From the NCBI GenBank assembly GCA_043797105.1, contig JAZDPZ010000068.1:1-59389 (forward strand): DNA of 59,389 bases, in the 5' to 3' direction. This DNA comes from a bacterium (lineage in GTDB: Bacteria > Cyanobacteriota > Vampirovibrionia > Gastranaerophilales > CAZEDP01). Position numbers and translations under genes: made by a program. The notes beneath the pieces were generated by a model that was not told the DNA's origin, ran no database searches, and worked only from the letters and a program-made list of their open reading frames with translations. Below, one piece after another: positions 10,486 through 21,652 of this stretch (position 1 is its first letter; each line of letters opens with the position of its first letter).

Positions 10486-12002
10486 AAATCATGATGTTTT
10501 TTTATTTGAGCAAGAGCTTGTATTAATGCAGCAGCTTTATTTTGGGTTTCAATATATTCCAGCTCGGGATCAGAATCCGCAACAATACCTGCTCCAGCCT
10601 GTATAAATATTTTATTGTCTCTGACAAGCATAGTTCTTATGGTAATTGCGGTATTTACTTCATTATTAAATCCCAAATACCCTATACATCCAGCATAAGG
10701 ACCTCTTGCGGACTTTTCAAGATCAGCTATTATCTCCATTGCTCGAACTTTTGGCGCTCCTGAAACAGTTCCGGCAGGAAAACAGGCTTTTACAAGATCA
10801 ATGGAACTTAAATTCTGTTTTAATTTTCCGGTAACATTAGTTACAATATGCTGAACATGAGAATATTTTTCAACTTCCATTAAATTTTGGACTTTTACAG
10901 AACCATATTCACAAACCTTGCCAAGATCATTTCTTCCGAGATCAACCAGCATAATATGTTCAGCTCTTTCTTTCGGATCATTCAGCAATTCCTGCTCCAA
11001 AGCCAAATCCATATCCGGAGTTAAACCGCGTTTTTTGGTGCCGGCTATTGGTCTAAGCTGCGCAATCCCGTTATTTGAACATTTCACCATTATTTCAGGC
11101 GAAGAACCAATTATCTGAAAACTGTCAAAATTAAGATAATATAAATACGGTGATGGATTTATGCTTCTTAAAGCCCGATATATCGTAAAAGTCTCAAGAT
11201 CATCCTTTTCAACACAGAAACGTTGAGATAAAACAACCTGAAATATATCCCCTGCTTTGATATGTTCTTTAGCTTTATTTACAGCTTTAATCCATTCCTG
11301 TTTTGAAATATTTGACGAAATATCAACAGCTTCTTTTGGGTTTAAATTAAGCATTAATGGGGATAAATTATGTGAAGATGAAAGCTGGGAAAGAATCAGC
11401 TCGATATTTTCTTTGGAATTTTGATAAATTTGGTCAATATCAGTAGTTTCATCAATTAAAACATTTTTGATAACGTAAATTTTATGTTTTACATGGTCAA
11501 AAACCAATACAGTTCCTGCAACCATAAAATATGATTCAGGAAAACTTGAGCATTCTTCGATATTTTTAAAAATTTTGTTTAATCCGGGTTCAATATGCCT
11601 GACGCTGTCATATCCCAAATACCCCACAGCACCTGCGCAATAAGGAAGATCACAGCTTATGGCAGAGTATTTTGAAAAAAATTCCTTAAGTAAATCATAA
11701 GGATTATCTTTTTTCATTATAATATCATTGTCTAACACGCTAAAAACAACAGCTTCTTCTTGATCTGACCTTAAAACATACAAGGTATCCATTCCTATAA
11801 ATGAATATCTTCCGCAGCTTTCACCTCTTTCTACAGATTCCAGAAGAAAGCTGTATTTTTTATCTTTACAAGTCTTATGATATGCTGAAACAGGTGTTTC
11901 AAGATCAGCAATAACTTCGCACCATATTGGTATTATGTATTTATCAGACGGATTTTTTATTAAATTTTTTATTTCTTCTTTAGACGGATAAATATTTATC
12001 AT
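10482..12002 (-). CDS. trpE: anthranilate synthase component I
   Basis: FLLESVE, GDIFQVVLSQR, PIAGT, EHIMLVDLGRND, FPAGTVSGAPK. Confidence 0.93.
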   Translation of the reverse strand: MINIYPSKEEIKNLIKNPSDKYIIPIWCEVIADLETPVSAYHKTCKDKKYSFLLESVERGESCGRYSFIGMDTLYVLRSDQEEAVVFSVLDNDIIMKKDNPYDLLKEFFSKYSAISCDLPYCAGAVGYLGYDSVRHIEPGLNKIFKNIEECSSFPESYFMVAGTVLVFDHVKHKIYVIKNVLIDETTDIDQIYQNSKENIELILSQLSSSHNLSPLMLNLNPKEAVDISSNISKQEWIKAVNKAKEHIKAGDIFQVVLSQRFCVEKDDLETFTIYRALRSINPSPYLYYLNFDSFQIIGSSPEIMVKCSNNGIAQLRPIAGTKKRGLTPDMDLALEQELLNDPKERAEHIMLVDLGRNDLGKVCEYGSVKVQNLMEVEKYSHVQHIVTNVTGKLKQNLSSIDLVKACFPAGTVSGAPKVRAMEIIADLEKSARGPYAGCIGYLGFNNEVNTAITIRTMLVRDNKIFIQAGAGIVADSDPELEYIETQNKAAALIQALAQIKKHHDL

Positions 12003-13888
12003 TTAAAAAACTTCCTAAAAATATTAACAATCTTTTCTCTTTTATTTGATTTATTGACTATTGGCTGATATTCATAATCTTTGATTTCAGCTGAATTTTT
12101 TAAAAATTCTATTTTAAGCTTAATATTTTCTTTATTATCATAATCAGGATTATATTTTAAAAATTTTTCAAAAGATTCTGCTGCCTCAGCGCAGTTTCCT
12201 ATTTTTTCATAAATATTACCCAGATTAAAATAAACATCAGCATTATCCGGCTTTGATCTAATTACTCTTTTTAGCTCCAAAATAGCTTCTTCATATCTTT
12301 TTTCTCCAAATAAAGCAAGACCAAGATTATTTCTGTAATTTGAATTAACAGGATCAATAGAACAGGCGGTCTTAAACATTTTAACAGCTTGCGCAAGATT
12401 GCCCTGAATTTCATAAACTAAACCAAGTTCATTATATCTTTCCGCATTTCCGGGATTCAACCTGATTGATTCTTGAATATTTTTTATTGCCAGCTCAATT
12501 TCATTGTTTTCTTTAAATATTAAACCTTTTTGATAATAGGCATCCGCAATATTCGGATCATATCTAATTGTTTTATTCAAATAGTCTAATGCTTTTCCAT
12601 AATTTTTTGTTTTAATATAGCACAAAGCAAGCCCGTAATATGCTTCCGCTGATTTATTATTTTTTTGAACGGCTGTTTCAAAATATTTTATGGCTTTATC
12701 AAGTATATCTTTATCAAGGAAAATATTTCCAAGCTCATAATAAGCTGCCACAAAATCCGGATTTAATTCTATTGTTTTTTGATAAGCAGAAACTGCTTTT
12801 TCCGTAAATCCAAGAGCTTTTAAAGCAAAACCTAAATTATAATTAGTCAGGATATTATCCGGATCAAATTTTATAGAAATATAATATTCATCAATTGCAT
12901 CTTTAAACTTGCCAACCTGGACATATGCAGAACCAAGAGTCGTATGCGCCTGAGGATGCTCAGGATTATATTTAATTGCTGTTTGAAGTTCATTTTGAGC
13001 CAGGATAAAATCACCTTTTTTATAGTAAACATAACCTAAAGCAAACCTAATTTCAGCATTAGCAGGGTCTAAATTTAATGCGGCTTTAAATTCGCGAATA
13101 GCTTCTTCTATCCAGCCTAAATAACTGTATACCAACCCTAAATTACTGTAAGCTTCAATATTTTTAGGCTCAAATGTCAACACATATTTAAATTCAGCTA
13201 TACTTTCCTCAAATTTTTCCTGCGTGCTATATATCAATCCAAGATAAAAATGAGCTTTATTACTGCTAAAATTTATGGTTAGAGCTTTTTGAATCACTTT
13301 ATAAGCTTCTTCAAGTTTATTATTTTGATAACATAAAATACCCAATGCCAAATAACCTCTAAAATTCTTGGGATTTAGCGCAATATATTTTTTATAATTT
13401 TTGAAAGCTAAATCAAATTTACCTGTTTTTTCATAATTAAAGGCAAGTAAATAATAACTTTCACTAAAATTAGGATTTTTAGCTATAAGATCATTTATTA
13501 ATGGCAGAGATTTTTTATACTCCTGATTTTCAAAATATAAAGAACAGAGATTAACTGCTATCTTTTGATTTTCAGGATTTTTATCAATAGCTTTTTCAAG
13601 ATATTCAACAGCTCTTGAAAACTGTCCCTTAACTTCATAAACTTTTGCTATGCCTAGCAAAGCTTCAATATAATCAGCATTATATGTTAATGCTTTTTCA
13701 TAAAATTCCAGAGATTTTTCAAAATTACTCAGACAAAAATAAGCATTAGCCATTTTTGACAAAGTTTCCCAGTCATCGGATTTAGATTCCAAAACTTTGC
13801 AATAATAATCAATCGCAAATAAATGTTCTTTTTTTTGCTTAAATTCTTCTGCTTTGTTCAAATATTCGTATAAATTTTTTTCAGACAC
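11999..13888 (-). CDS. long TPR-repeat protein
   Basis: Consecutive 34-aa repeats (A..NLG..Y...G..EEA...F..AL.L.P) over nearly the whole length. Confidence 0.93.
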   Translation of the reverse strand: MSEKNLYEYLNKAEEFKQKKEHLFAIDYYCKVLESKSDDWETLSKMANAYFCLSNFEKSLEFYEKALTYNADYIEALLGIAKVYEVKGQFSRAVEYLEKAIDKNPENQKIAVNLCSLYFENQEYKKSLPLINDLIAKNPNFSESYYLLAFNYEKTGKFDLAFKNYKKYIALNPKNFRGYLALGILCYQNNKLEEAYKVIQKALTINFSSNKAHFYLGLIYSTQEKFEESIAEFKYVLTFEPKNIEAYSNLGLVYSYLGWIEEAIREFKAALNLDPANAEIRFALGYVYYKKGDFILAQNELQTAIKYNPEHPQAHTTLGSAYVQVGKFKDAIDEYYISIKFDPDNILTNYNLGFALKALGFTEKAVSAYQKTIELNPDFVAAYYELGNIFLDKDILDKAIKYFETAVQKNNKSAEAYYGLALCYIKTKNYGKALDYLNKTIRYDPNIADAYYQKGLIFKENNEIELAIKNIQESIRLNPGNAERYNELGLVYEIQGNLAQAVKMFKTACSIDPVNSNYRNNLGLALFGEKRYEEAILELKRVIRSKPDNADVYFNLGNIYEKIGNCAEAAESFEKFLKYNPDYDNKENIKLKIEFLKNSAEIKDYEYQPIVNKSNKREKIVNIFRKFFK

Positions 13889-14053
13889 TGTTTACCTCAA
13901 ATTGTGTTGTTTAATAATTATAATATGGGAAATTTTTTTGTTACAATAATTTAATAATTTTATTTTTTATGACAATTTTTTATCTTGAATGTTTTAAGTA
14001 TATTAGTAAATTAAAAAAAAGTAGTAAAAATAGAAAAAAGGAAGGTTAAAAAT

Positions 14054-14581
14054 ATGTTATTAAATGTAAGTTCGGCAGGAAATAATGCGCCATCTTTTAC
14101 AAAAGCTCAATCAGAAGAAGAAACAAAATCTCCACAAAAATTCGGAACTTTGCAGCAATTTCCGAGATTTGACATGTATAGTGCTTATGCTCCGCAACAA
14201 GCTCCTAAAAAATCGCATTTTATTAGGAATACTGGAATCGGAGCAGGAATTGGTGCTGGTATAGGTGCTACATTACATCACTTTTTCGGAGGAAAAGCCG
14301 CAGCAATTGAAAGTTTAAAAGCTAATGCAGTTAAAGCTTTGAATGAAGGTAAAGAAGCAACCACAGATTGGTTAAAACAAAATGCTAAAAACATTGAGGG
14401 AAAAGCCAAAGAACTCCTTGAAGCGATGCCTGATAAAGGCAAAGATCTTATAAATCAATTTAAAGGCGGATGGAAATCTTATGGAAAACAAGCAGCAATA
14501 GGCGCAGCAATAGTCGCTGGCACTTACTTGCTATATAAAGGTGTAAAAAAGCTCTTTGGCAGAAAAGGGCAGGAAGCTTAG
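14054..14581 (+). CDS. hypothetical glycine-zipper membrane protein, paralog 1 of 3
   Basis: SPQKFG motif, GIGAGIGAGIGA, C-terminal GAAIVAGTYLLYKGVKKLFGRKGQEA. Confidence 0.85.
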   Translation: MLLNVSSAGNNAPSFTKAQSEEETKSPQKFGTLQQFPRFDMYSAYAPQQAPKKSHFIRNTGIGAGIGAGIGATLHHFFGGKAAAIESLKANAVKALNEGKEATTDWLKQNAKNIEGKAKELLEAMPDKGKDLINQFKGGWKSYGKQAAIGAAIVAGTYLLYKGVKKLFGRKGQEA

Positions 14582-14600
14582 ATTTAGAAACCATTATTCC

Positions 14601-14622
14601 ACAGAGGGCTTAAGCCTTCTGT
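14601..14622. repeat. short hairpin ACAGAGGGC-TTAA-GCCTTCTGT (REP- or terminator-like)
   Basis: Imperfect inverted repeat between paralogs 1 and 2; resembles the palindrome at 42982. Confidence 0.45.
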
Positions 14623-14673
14623 TGCTAGAATTTAATGTTACATATTTTATTAAGAAAAAAAAGGAATAAAATT

Positions 14674-15270
14674 ATGCCGGCAAATATAAATTCTCCACAA
14701 AAATTTGGCAGACAGCAATATCCAGGATTTGAAGCTCCAAAAAAAGATCATGTTCTTACAAAAACTATGTTTGCAGCTGGTACTGGAGGGTTAATCGGTG
14801 GTTTATTGCATCATTCTGCTGGAACAAATGAGAATATTCGAAAAGCAACAGAAGAAATTTTTTCATCTCGCATCATAGGACGGATGAGAATAAGAGAAAA
14901 TATAGATGCAATTCGTGAAAAACTCAATACACCAGAAATTAAAGAGATGATTGGCAAACTGGAAGCAGCTGGAAAAACTTCAAGGCAAGCATTAAAAGAA
15001 GCTAAAGACTCAGTATTATCCAGTTTGGGACTTAAAAATCAGGTAAGCAATGAATGGCTGGAAAAAAGTAAGAACACAATAAATGAAAAACTCAAAGGAA
15101 TTATGGATACTGAGGTTGCTAAGAAATGCATGAAAGAATACAAAGAATTTATGAGATCGGGAAAATCTTATATAAGACCAGTAGCGTATGGCGCGGCAAT
15201 AGTCGCTGGTACTTATTTGCTATATAAAGGAATAAAAAAGCTCTTTGGTAAAAAGGGACAGGAAGCTTAG
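14674..15270 (+). CDS. hypothetical membrane protein, paralog 2 of 3
   Basis: Start ATG 14674 after AAGGA; NSPQKFG, GTGGLIGG, GAAIVAGTYLLYKGIKKLFGKKGQEA. Confidence 0.85.
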   Translation: MPANINSPQKFGRQQYPGFEAPKKDHVLTKTMFAAGTGGLIGGLLHHSAGTNENIRKATEEIFSSRIIGRMRIRENIDAIREKLNTPEIKEMIGKLEAAGKTSRQALKEAKDSVLSSLGLKNQVSNEWLEKSKNTINEKLKGIMDTEVAKKCMKEYKEFMRSGKSYIRPVAYGAAIVAGTYLLYKGIKKLFGKKGQEA

Positions 15271-15293
15271 ATTAAATAAAAAAGGATAAAAAT

Positions 15294-15791
15294 ATGTTAT
15301 CAAATGTAAGTTCAACAAGAAACAATATAATATCTTTAGAAAAAAATTCTCCACAAAAATTCGGCGCACAGCAATATTTATCAGGATTTGATATGTATAA
15401 TTTTGCTCCGCCGCAAGTTCCTAAAAAGAAGTCTTCTCGAGTTATAAGTGCCATAAAAGATACTATAATTTCAGCGGGTAGCGGTGCTTTAGTATATGCT
15501 GCTCTTGCTAAGGGAGCAGTATATGAATATATAAAAAAGACTGCCAAAATGGAGACTATAACGCAACTCGGTGGAAAAAATACTAAAGAATGGATAAAAG
15601 CACATAAGCAAGAAATAGCTAAGAAAACAAAAGAAATGAATAAAGAAATAATAGATAGCTTTAAGAATCTTGGTGTTACTTACGGAAAGATTGCATTATT
15701 AGGAGCAGCAATAACCACTAGCACTTTCTTGATCTATAAAGGAATAAAAAAGATTATTGATAAACTGGGTAAAAAAGGGCAGGAAGCTTAG
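15294..15791 (+). CDS. hypothetical membrane protein, paralog 3 of 3
   Basis: MLSNVSS..NSPQKFG..FDMY..AP.Q.PKK; GAAITTSTFLIYKGIKKIIDKLGKKGQEA. Confidence 0.85.
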   Translation: MLSNVSSTRNNIISLEKNSPQKFGAQQYLSGFDMYNFAPPQVPKKKSSRVISAIKDTIISAGSGALVYAALAKGAVYEYIKKTAKMETITQLGGKNTKEWIKAHKQEIAKKTKEMNKEIIDSFKNLGVTYGKIALLGAAITTSTFLIYKGIKKIIDKLGKKGQEA

Positions 15792-15824
15792 ATTAGATAA
15801 AGGCAGACAAAATAATATGGAGAT

Positions 15825-16491
15825 TTATCTGGGAGAGGATTTTATCCTCTCTAAAATTTTTTTTATTATATAAGGTAAAAAATTTATTAAAATCAATAAA
15901 ATTATTACAATAATAATTTTAATAATAGTGTTTATCTCGCCACTTAAAGCTGATCTGCCGGCATAACCCAAATAAACATAAGTAAATGTACCTGGCAGTA
16001 AACCAAATAACGTAGCCAAAAAAAAAAGTTTTAAGCGGTATATCTGTTAATCCAAAAATAAAATTTTGAATATTAAAATGAAGAACAGGCGTAATTCTTG
16101 CTATTACTATATATTTCCAGCCATTTATTTTAACTTTTTCCTGGATCAAAACAATTTTTTGGGAATGTATTTTGTTTAAACGTTTTCTCAAAAAATGTTT
16201 ACTTATAAGAAAAGCAATGCAAGACCCTAATGTCGCGCCAATAAGAGAATATAAACCACCCCAAACCGGTCCGAATAATACTCCTCCAATAGTTGATAAA
16301 AACGTTACAGGTATGAAAATTACTGAGCCAAAAATATAAATTGAGATAAATATTAAAGGAGCAAAAACTCCAAAATTTTTTATAAAAATAAGGAATTTAT
16401 TTATGTCAATTTCTCTTCTTATTCCAAATAAAAATAGTAAAATTACTATGATTATAAGACCTATTGATAAGCCTAACTTGTATTTCAGCAT
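15825..16491 (-). CDS. TVP38/TMEM64 (DedA/VTT) family membrane protein, +1 frameshift in T10 (16018-16027)
   Basis: GGVLFGPVWG..YSLIGATLGS, RITP..F...N...GLT; removing one T gives KTFFLATLFGLLPGTF. Confidence 0.85.
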
Positions 16492-16692
16492 TAAAATAAC
16501 CTTAATTAGTAATTTTATTAAGGTTATAGTGTAATTTTTTGTTGTTAAATTATCCGCTTGGTTATAATTAAAGAATTATTGGAAGAATAGTGTTTTTATA
16601 AAAAAGGGTTATATTTTTATGTTATTATTTTTAGTGTGGTAGAGGTTATATAAATACTGAAATTTTATATTTAAAGCAATGAGGATAATTTT

Positions 16693-17964
16693 ATGATTCA
16701 GCATATAGGCGAAATCTTATACGAAGTAAGAGTAGTAATACCTAAACGCATAGATGATTATGAACCGATTGTCGGCAAAGAAAAAGTTGAAAAAGTTAAA
16801 GCGCTTGCCAAACCGCTCCAGAATAAAAAAGTGCTTCATCTTAATGCTACTGCTTATGGTGGTGGGGTTGCAGAATTATTAAAAACACAGGTTGCTCTTA
16901 TGCAGGACCTTGGTCTGTATGTTGACTGGTATACAATGAGAGCAAATTCCGAGTTTTTTGAAGTGACAAAGATGTTTCATAATGCTTTGCAAGGACAACC
17001 GACGGTAATTTCCGATGAACAAAAGCAAATTTATCTTGATGGAGTTATAAATAACGCAAGAGGAATTATTGAAAGTTATGATTATGTTATTGTCCATGAT
17101 CCTCAGCCTTTAGCTATTCTCAATTATGTTGCATCTCCGACGGGTAAATGGATTTGGCGTTGTCATATTGATACTTCCGAGCCTAACCAAGAAATCTGGG
17201 ATTTTTTGTATCCTTATATGCAAAACTATGATGCTGTTGTATTTACACTTGAAGAATTTGTAAAAGAAAATGCAAATTTTAAAAATATTGCTTTTATTGC
17301 GCCGTCAATAGACCCTTTTAGTCCAAAAAATACTGATATGTCAGAAGAAGATATAAATAATCTGATGCTAAGCTATAATATTGACCCGGATAGACCTTTA
17401 TTGGTTCAGGTTTCCAGATTTGATCCCTGGAAAGACCCTCTTGGGGTTATTGATGTATATAGAAACATAAAATACGGTCAGGTTAAAAAGGGCATTAAAG
17501 GATTACAGCTTGCTTTAGTAGGAAGTATGGCTCATGATGATCCGGAAGGCTGGATTATATATGACAGAGTTATGAGAAAAGCAGGTGAGGATTTTGATCT
17601 TAATGTTTATACAAATTTTCATAATGTTGGTGATATTGGAGTAAAAGCTTTTCAATTTGCCGCTGATGTAGTTTTGCAAAAATCAATTAAAGAAGGGTTT
17701 GGACTTACGGTAACAGAAGCTCTTTGGAAAGAAAAACCGGTTGTAGGAGGAAAAGCAGGCGGCATTAAACTTCAGATCAAAGATGGTGTAAATGGTTTTC
17801 TTGTTTCAAATACGCAGGAAGCAACAGAAAAGTCTTTATATCTGCTTCAACATCCTGATGAAGCAAAAAAAATGGGAGAGGCAGGAAAACAAATTGTAAA
17901 GGATAATTTTTTATCAATAAGACAGATTGAAGATTATTTGACACTGTTTAATAATCTCAACTAA
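16693..17964 (+). CDS. treT: trehalose synthase (TreT-type GT4 glycosyltransferase)
   Basis: NAT..GGGVAE, HDPQP, WRCHID, QVSRFDPWKDP, MAHDDPEG, EGFGLTVTEALWK. Confidence 0.9.
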   Translation: MIQHIGEILYEVRVVIPKRIDDYEPIVGKEKVEKVKALAKPLQNKKVLHLNATAYGGGVAELLKTQVALMQDLGLYVDWYTMRANSEFFEVTKMFHNALQGQPTVISDEQKQIYLDGVINNARGIIESYDYVIVHDPQPLAILNYVASPTGKWIWRCHIDTSEPNQEIWDFLYPYMQNYDAVVFTLEEFVKENANFKNIAFIAPSIDPFSPKNTDMSEEDINNLMLSYNIDPDRPLLVQVSRFDPWKDPLGVIDVYRNIKYGQVKKGIKGLQLALVGSMAHDDPEGWIIYDRVMRKAGEDFDLNVYTNFHNVGDIGVKAFQFAADVVLQKSIKEGFGLTVTEALWKEKPVVGGKAGGIKLQIKDGVNGFLVSNTQEATEKSLYLLQHPDEAKKMGEAGKQIVKDNFLSIRQIEDYLTLFNNLN

Positions 17965-18048
17965 AATCGATTTAAAGAGTTACCTATTCCCAAAAATATT
18001 TTTTAAATTCAATTTGGGACTTGTATAAATTAGCCGGAGAAAATAATA

Positions 18049-20565
18049 ATGCTGGATAAAGAATATTTTTTAACTATTCATGGACATTTTTATCAACCGC
18101 CCCGTGAAAATCCCTGGTTAGAATCAATTGAGCTACAGGACAGCGCTCTTCCTTTCCATGACTGGAATGAAAGAATAGCTTATGAATGTTATACTCCTAA
18201 TTCTGTTTCAAGAATAGTTGATTCTAAAAATCATATTTTTGATATTGTGAATAATTATGCATTAATAAGCTTTAACTTTGGTCCAACGCTTTTGTCATGG
18301 CTTGAAAATCATGTTCCGACAACTTATGAAAGAATAATTAATGCGGACCGTTATAGCCTGGAAGAACATTCAGGACATGGCAACGCTATTGCTCAGGTAT
18401 ATAATCATATAATCTTGCCCCTTGCAAATGAAAGGGATAAATATACTCAAGTTATATGGGGAATAAAGGATTTTCAATATCGCTTCGGCAGAAAATCCGA
18501 AGGAATGTGGCTTTCTGAAACTGCTGTTGATGATGATACTTTGAGAGTTTTGGCGGATTGCGGCGTAAGATTTACGATTCTTTCTCCGCATCAGGCATCT
18601 AAAATAAGACCTATGGGCGATCAAGCCTGGATTGACGTCAGCTGGGCAAATATTGATCCGGGTCAGGCTTATAGATACTATTTAAAAGATGATACCGACA
18701 GATATATTGATTTATTTTTCTATGATGGTTCAATATCTAAATCTGTTGCGTTTGAAAATTTGCTGCATAATGGAGACAGGTTTATTAACAGGCTTAAAGA
18801 CGGCATTTCAATATCAAGAAGTTACAATCAACTGACACATATAGCTACGGACGGAGAAAGCTACGGACATCATACGAATTTTGGTGATATGGCTCTTGCC
18901 TATGCTTTAAAAAAACGAGCATCCGAAGTTGGATTTAAGCTGACAAACTATGGCGAATACCTTGAAAAAAATCCTCCTGTATATGAAGTTGATATTAAAG
19001 AACGTTCTTCCTGGAGTTGTTTTCATGGGGTCGGAAGATGGGAAGATGATTGTGGATGTTCTACCGGAGCCGGACCTGGCTGGAATCAAAAATGGAGAAA
19101 ACCTTTAAGAAAAGCTCTGGATTGGTTAAGGGATGAACTTGCGGTTGTTTATGAAAAGCATGCTGAAAAATATCTGAAAGATCCCTGGAAAACCAGAAAT
19201 AAATATATAGATATTATTTTGGATAAAAATGATTTGTCTATTGAGAATTTTTGTTCTCATGAGGCTCTTAAAAAACTGTCTAAAACCGAAATGGTCAATG
19301 TAATCAAGCTTCTTGAAATGCAAAGGCATGCAATGCTTATGTATACAAGCTGCGGATGGTTTTTTGCCGATATATCAGGCATTGAAACAGTTCAGATTTT
19401 AAAATATGCGGCAAGAGCTATGCAGATAGCCGAAGAATTTTCAGAAATTGATCTTGAACCAAGTTTTTTGGAAAAACTGGCAGAAGCAAAAAGTAATATA
19501 CAAAAATACGGAACAGGAAAAGATATTTATCTTAAATGCGTTAAACCTTCAATAGTAAGTATTAAACAGGTAGTCGGACACTGGGCAATCAGCTCTTTAT
19601 TTGAAGAATATAATGATGAAACAGAAGTATATTGCTATAATATAAAGTCTATTGACTATCGTAAGGCGAGAAAAAGTAATACAACCTTATTGCTTGGACG
19701 AATTGAAATTACTTCAAGAGTAACTTTAGAACAGCATGACATGATATTTGCTTTACTGCATTTTGGCGGTGAAGATTTTCACTGTGTAATAAGGGGTTTT
19801 GCCGGAAATGTTGAATATAACAGAATTAAAGAAGATCTGATAAGCAAATATTATGCTTTGCCTCTTACAGAAATTATCAGGGGACTGGATGAACATTTTG
19901 GAAGAGAATATTTTACTTTAAAAGATCTGTTTATAGAAGAAAGACGTAAAATTATAAGTATTTTAATAAAAGATCAGCTTGAAAAATTTTCTGCCACATA
20001 TAAAAGCCTGTATGACGAAGGTAAAGGTCCAATGATGCAGCTTCATGAACTCGGACTTCAGGTGCCGGCAGAGTTTAAAATAGCGGCTGAATATGCCCTT
20101 AGTCGTTCTTTTAATGATATTATATTGAATACCGAAGATATAGGAAATCCGGATTTCTTGCAGGAAGCCGTTGAAATAAGCAAGGAAGCTAAAAAAATTA
20201 ATGTATCTCTGGATTATAAACCTTCTAAAGATATTTATAGCTTATATATAACTCAAAAAGTTAAAATCTTTGCGGATAATATGGAAATTCAGCAATGCGA
20301 GAGCATTATTGAGGTATTATCTCTTGCTGATAAATTGGGGTTAAAACTTGATCTGAATGAAGCTCAAAATATTTATTTTAATTCAATTTATAATAAAATT
20401 CCTTATTTAATGGAATCTTTAAAAAAATCAGATACTATCCAGTCAGATAAAAACTTTATAAATACTATTTTAAATTTAGGAGAAAGATTAAGTTTTAATA
20501 TTGAAAGATGTTATAATGAGCTGGATAAATTAGCTTCTCAAATAATCGAGTCCAAATTTTTATAA
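18049..20565 (+). CDS. glycoside hydrolase family 57, DUF3536 type
   Basis: [52 protein letters not shown]. Confidence 0.92.
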   Translation: MLDKEYFLTIHGHFYQPPRENPWLESIELQDSALPFHDWNERIAYECYTPNSVSRIVDSKNHIFDIVNNYALISFNFGPTLLSWLENHVPTTYERIINADRYSLEEHSGHGNAIAQVYNHIILPLANERDKYTQVIWGIKDFQYRFGRKSEGMWLSETAVDDDTLRVLADCGVRFTILSPHQASKIRPMGDQAWIDVSWANIDPGQAYRYYLKDDTDRYIDLFFYDGSISKSVAFENLLHNGDRFINRLKDGISISRSYNQLTHIATDGESYGHHTNFGDMALAYALKKRASEVGFKLTNYGEYLEKNPPVYEVDIKERSSWSCFHGVGRWEDDCGCSTGAGPGWNQKWRKPLRKALDWLRDELAVVYEKHAEKYLKDPWKTRNKYIDIILDKNDLSIENFCSHEALKKLSKTEMVNVIKLLEMQRHAMLMYTSCGWFFADISGIETVQILKYAARAMQIAEEFSEIDLEPSFLEKLAEAKSNIQKYGTGKDIYLKCVKPSIVSIKQVVGHWAISSLFEEYNDETEVYCYNIKSIDYRKARKSNTTLLLGRIEITSRVTLEQHDMIFALLHFGGEDFHCVIRGFAGNVEYNRIKEDLISKYYALPLTEIIRGLDEHFGREYFTLKDLFIEERRKIISILIKDQLEKFSATYKSLYDEGKGPMMQLHELGLQVPAEFKIAAEYALSRSFNDIILNTEDIGNPDFLQEAVEISKEAKKINVSLDYKPSKDIYSLYITQKVKIFADNMEIQQCESIIEVLSLADKLGLKLDLNEAQNIYFNSIYNKIPYLMESLKKSDTIQSDKNFINTILNLGERLSFNIERCYNELDKLASQIIESKFL

Positions 20566-20579
20566 GGCAAATTTTTGAT

Positions 20580-21557
20580 ATGTCCAAAAAAGCGTTAATA
20601 ACAGGAATAACAGGACAGGATGGTTCATATCTCGCAGAATTTCTATTGGAAAAAAACTATGAAGTGCATGGCATTATAAGAAGATCAAGCTCATTTAACA
20701 CAAGCAGAATAGATCATCTTTACACAGACCCTCATATAGAAAACACCAGACTGTTTTTACATTTTGGAGATTTATCCGATGCGTCAAATATGTCAAGACT
20801 GCTTGAAAAAATAGAGCCTGATGAAATATATCACTTGGGCGCTCAAAGCCATGTAAGAGTTAGTTTTGATATTCCCGAATATACCGGAGATGTAACAGGG
20901 CTTGGAACTTTGAGACTGCTGGATGCTGTAAGGGAAACTCAGATAAACACAAAGCTTTATCAGGCATCATCAAGCGAAATGTATGGAAAAGTTCAGGAAA
21001 TCCCACAGACAGAAAAAACTCCTTTTTATCCCCGCAGTCCTTATGCCTGCGCAAAAGTCTATGCTTACTGGCTTACAGTAAATTACAGAGAAAGTTATAA
21101 TCTCTTTGCCTGCAACGGAATATTATTTAATCATGAATCTCCCAGAAGAGGCGAGACTTTTGTAACAAAAAAAATTACTAAAGGCATAGCAAATATTCTT
21201 GCAGGAAAACAGAATATAATATATTTAGGCAATCTTGACGCTAAAAGAGACTGGGGCTATGCAAAAGATTATGTGGAAGCAATGTGGCTGATGCTACAGC
21301 AGGATAAACCTGATGATTTTGTTATTGCAACAGGAGAAACCCATTCAGTAAGGGAATTTCTTGAAGAAGCTTTTTCTTATGTAAATCTTGACTGGCAAAA
21401 ATATGTAAAAATAGATTCCAGATATTTTAGACCGGCAGAAGTAGACCTTTTGATCGGAAATCCTGCCAAAGCAAAGGAAAAACTGGGCTGGGAGCCTAAA
21501 GTCAGGTTTAAAGAGCTTGTTAAAATTATGATTGATGCTGATTTAAGTAATGAATAA
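20580..21557 (+). CDS. gmd: GDP-mannose 4,6-dehydratase
   Basis: [36 protein letters not shown]. Confidence 0.98.
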   Translation: MSKKALITGITGQDGSYLAEFLLEKNYEVHGIIRRSSSFNTSRIDHLYTDPHIENTRLFLHFGDLSDASNMSRLLEKIEPDEIYHLGAQSHVRVSFDIPEYTGDVTGLGTLRLLDAVRETQINTKLYQASSSEMYGKVQEIPQTEKTPFYPRSPYACAKVYAYWLTVNYRESYNLFACNGILFNHESPRRGETFVTKKITKGIANILAGKQNIIYLGNLDAKRDWGYAKDYVEAMWLMLQQDKPDDFVIATGETHSVREFLEEAFSYVNLDWQKYVKIDSRYFRPAEVDLLIGNPAKAKEKLGWEPKVRFKELVKIMIDADLSNE

Positions 21558-21652
21558 TAAATTTTCATTTTTAAAAAAATGGGTTTGGTGTAGGGCGAAG
21601 CCTTACCCTAGTCAAGTTCCCCTCCGGAGGGGTAAGGGGTGGGTGTAAAAAT
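21543..21652. repeat. MITE-like element, truncated copy (inverted relative to 58661-58795)
   Basis: About 110 nt near-matching the reverse complement of 58680-58795; CCCCTCC/GGAGGGG hairpin. Confidence 0.85.

Noticed and set aside
14054-15800. Recurrent CAGGAAGCTTAGATT and similar motifs as a CRISPR array or DGR repeats
   Set aside because: They are coding ends of paralogs spaced 500-700 nt apart; no cas or reverse transcriptase gene is present and I saw no adenine-specific variation pattern
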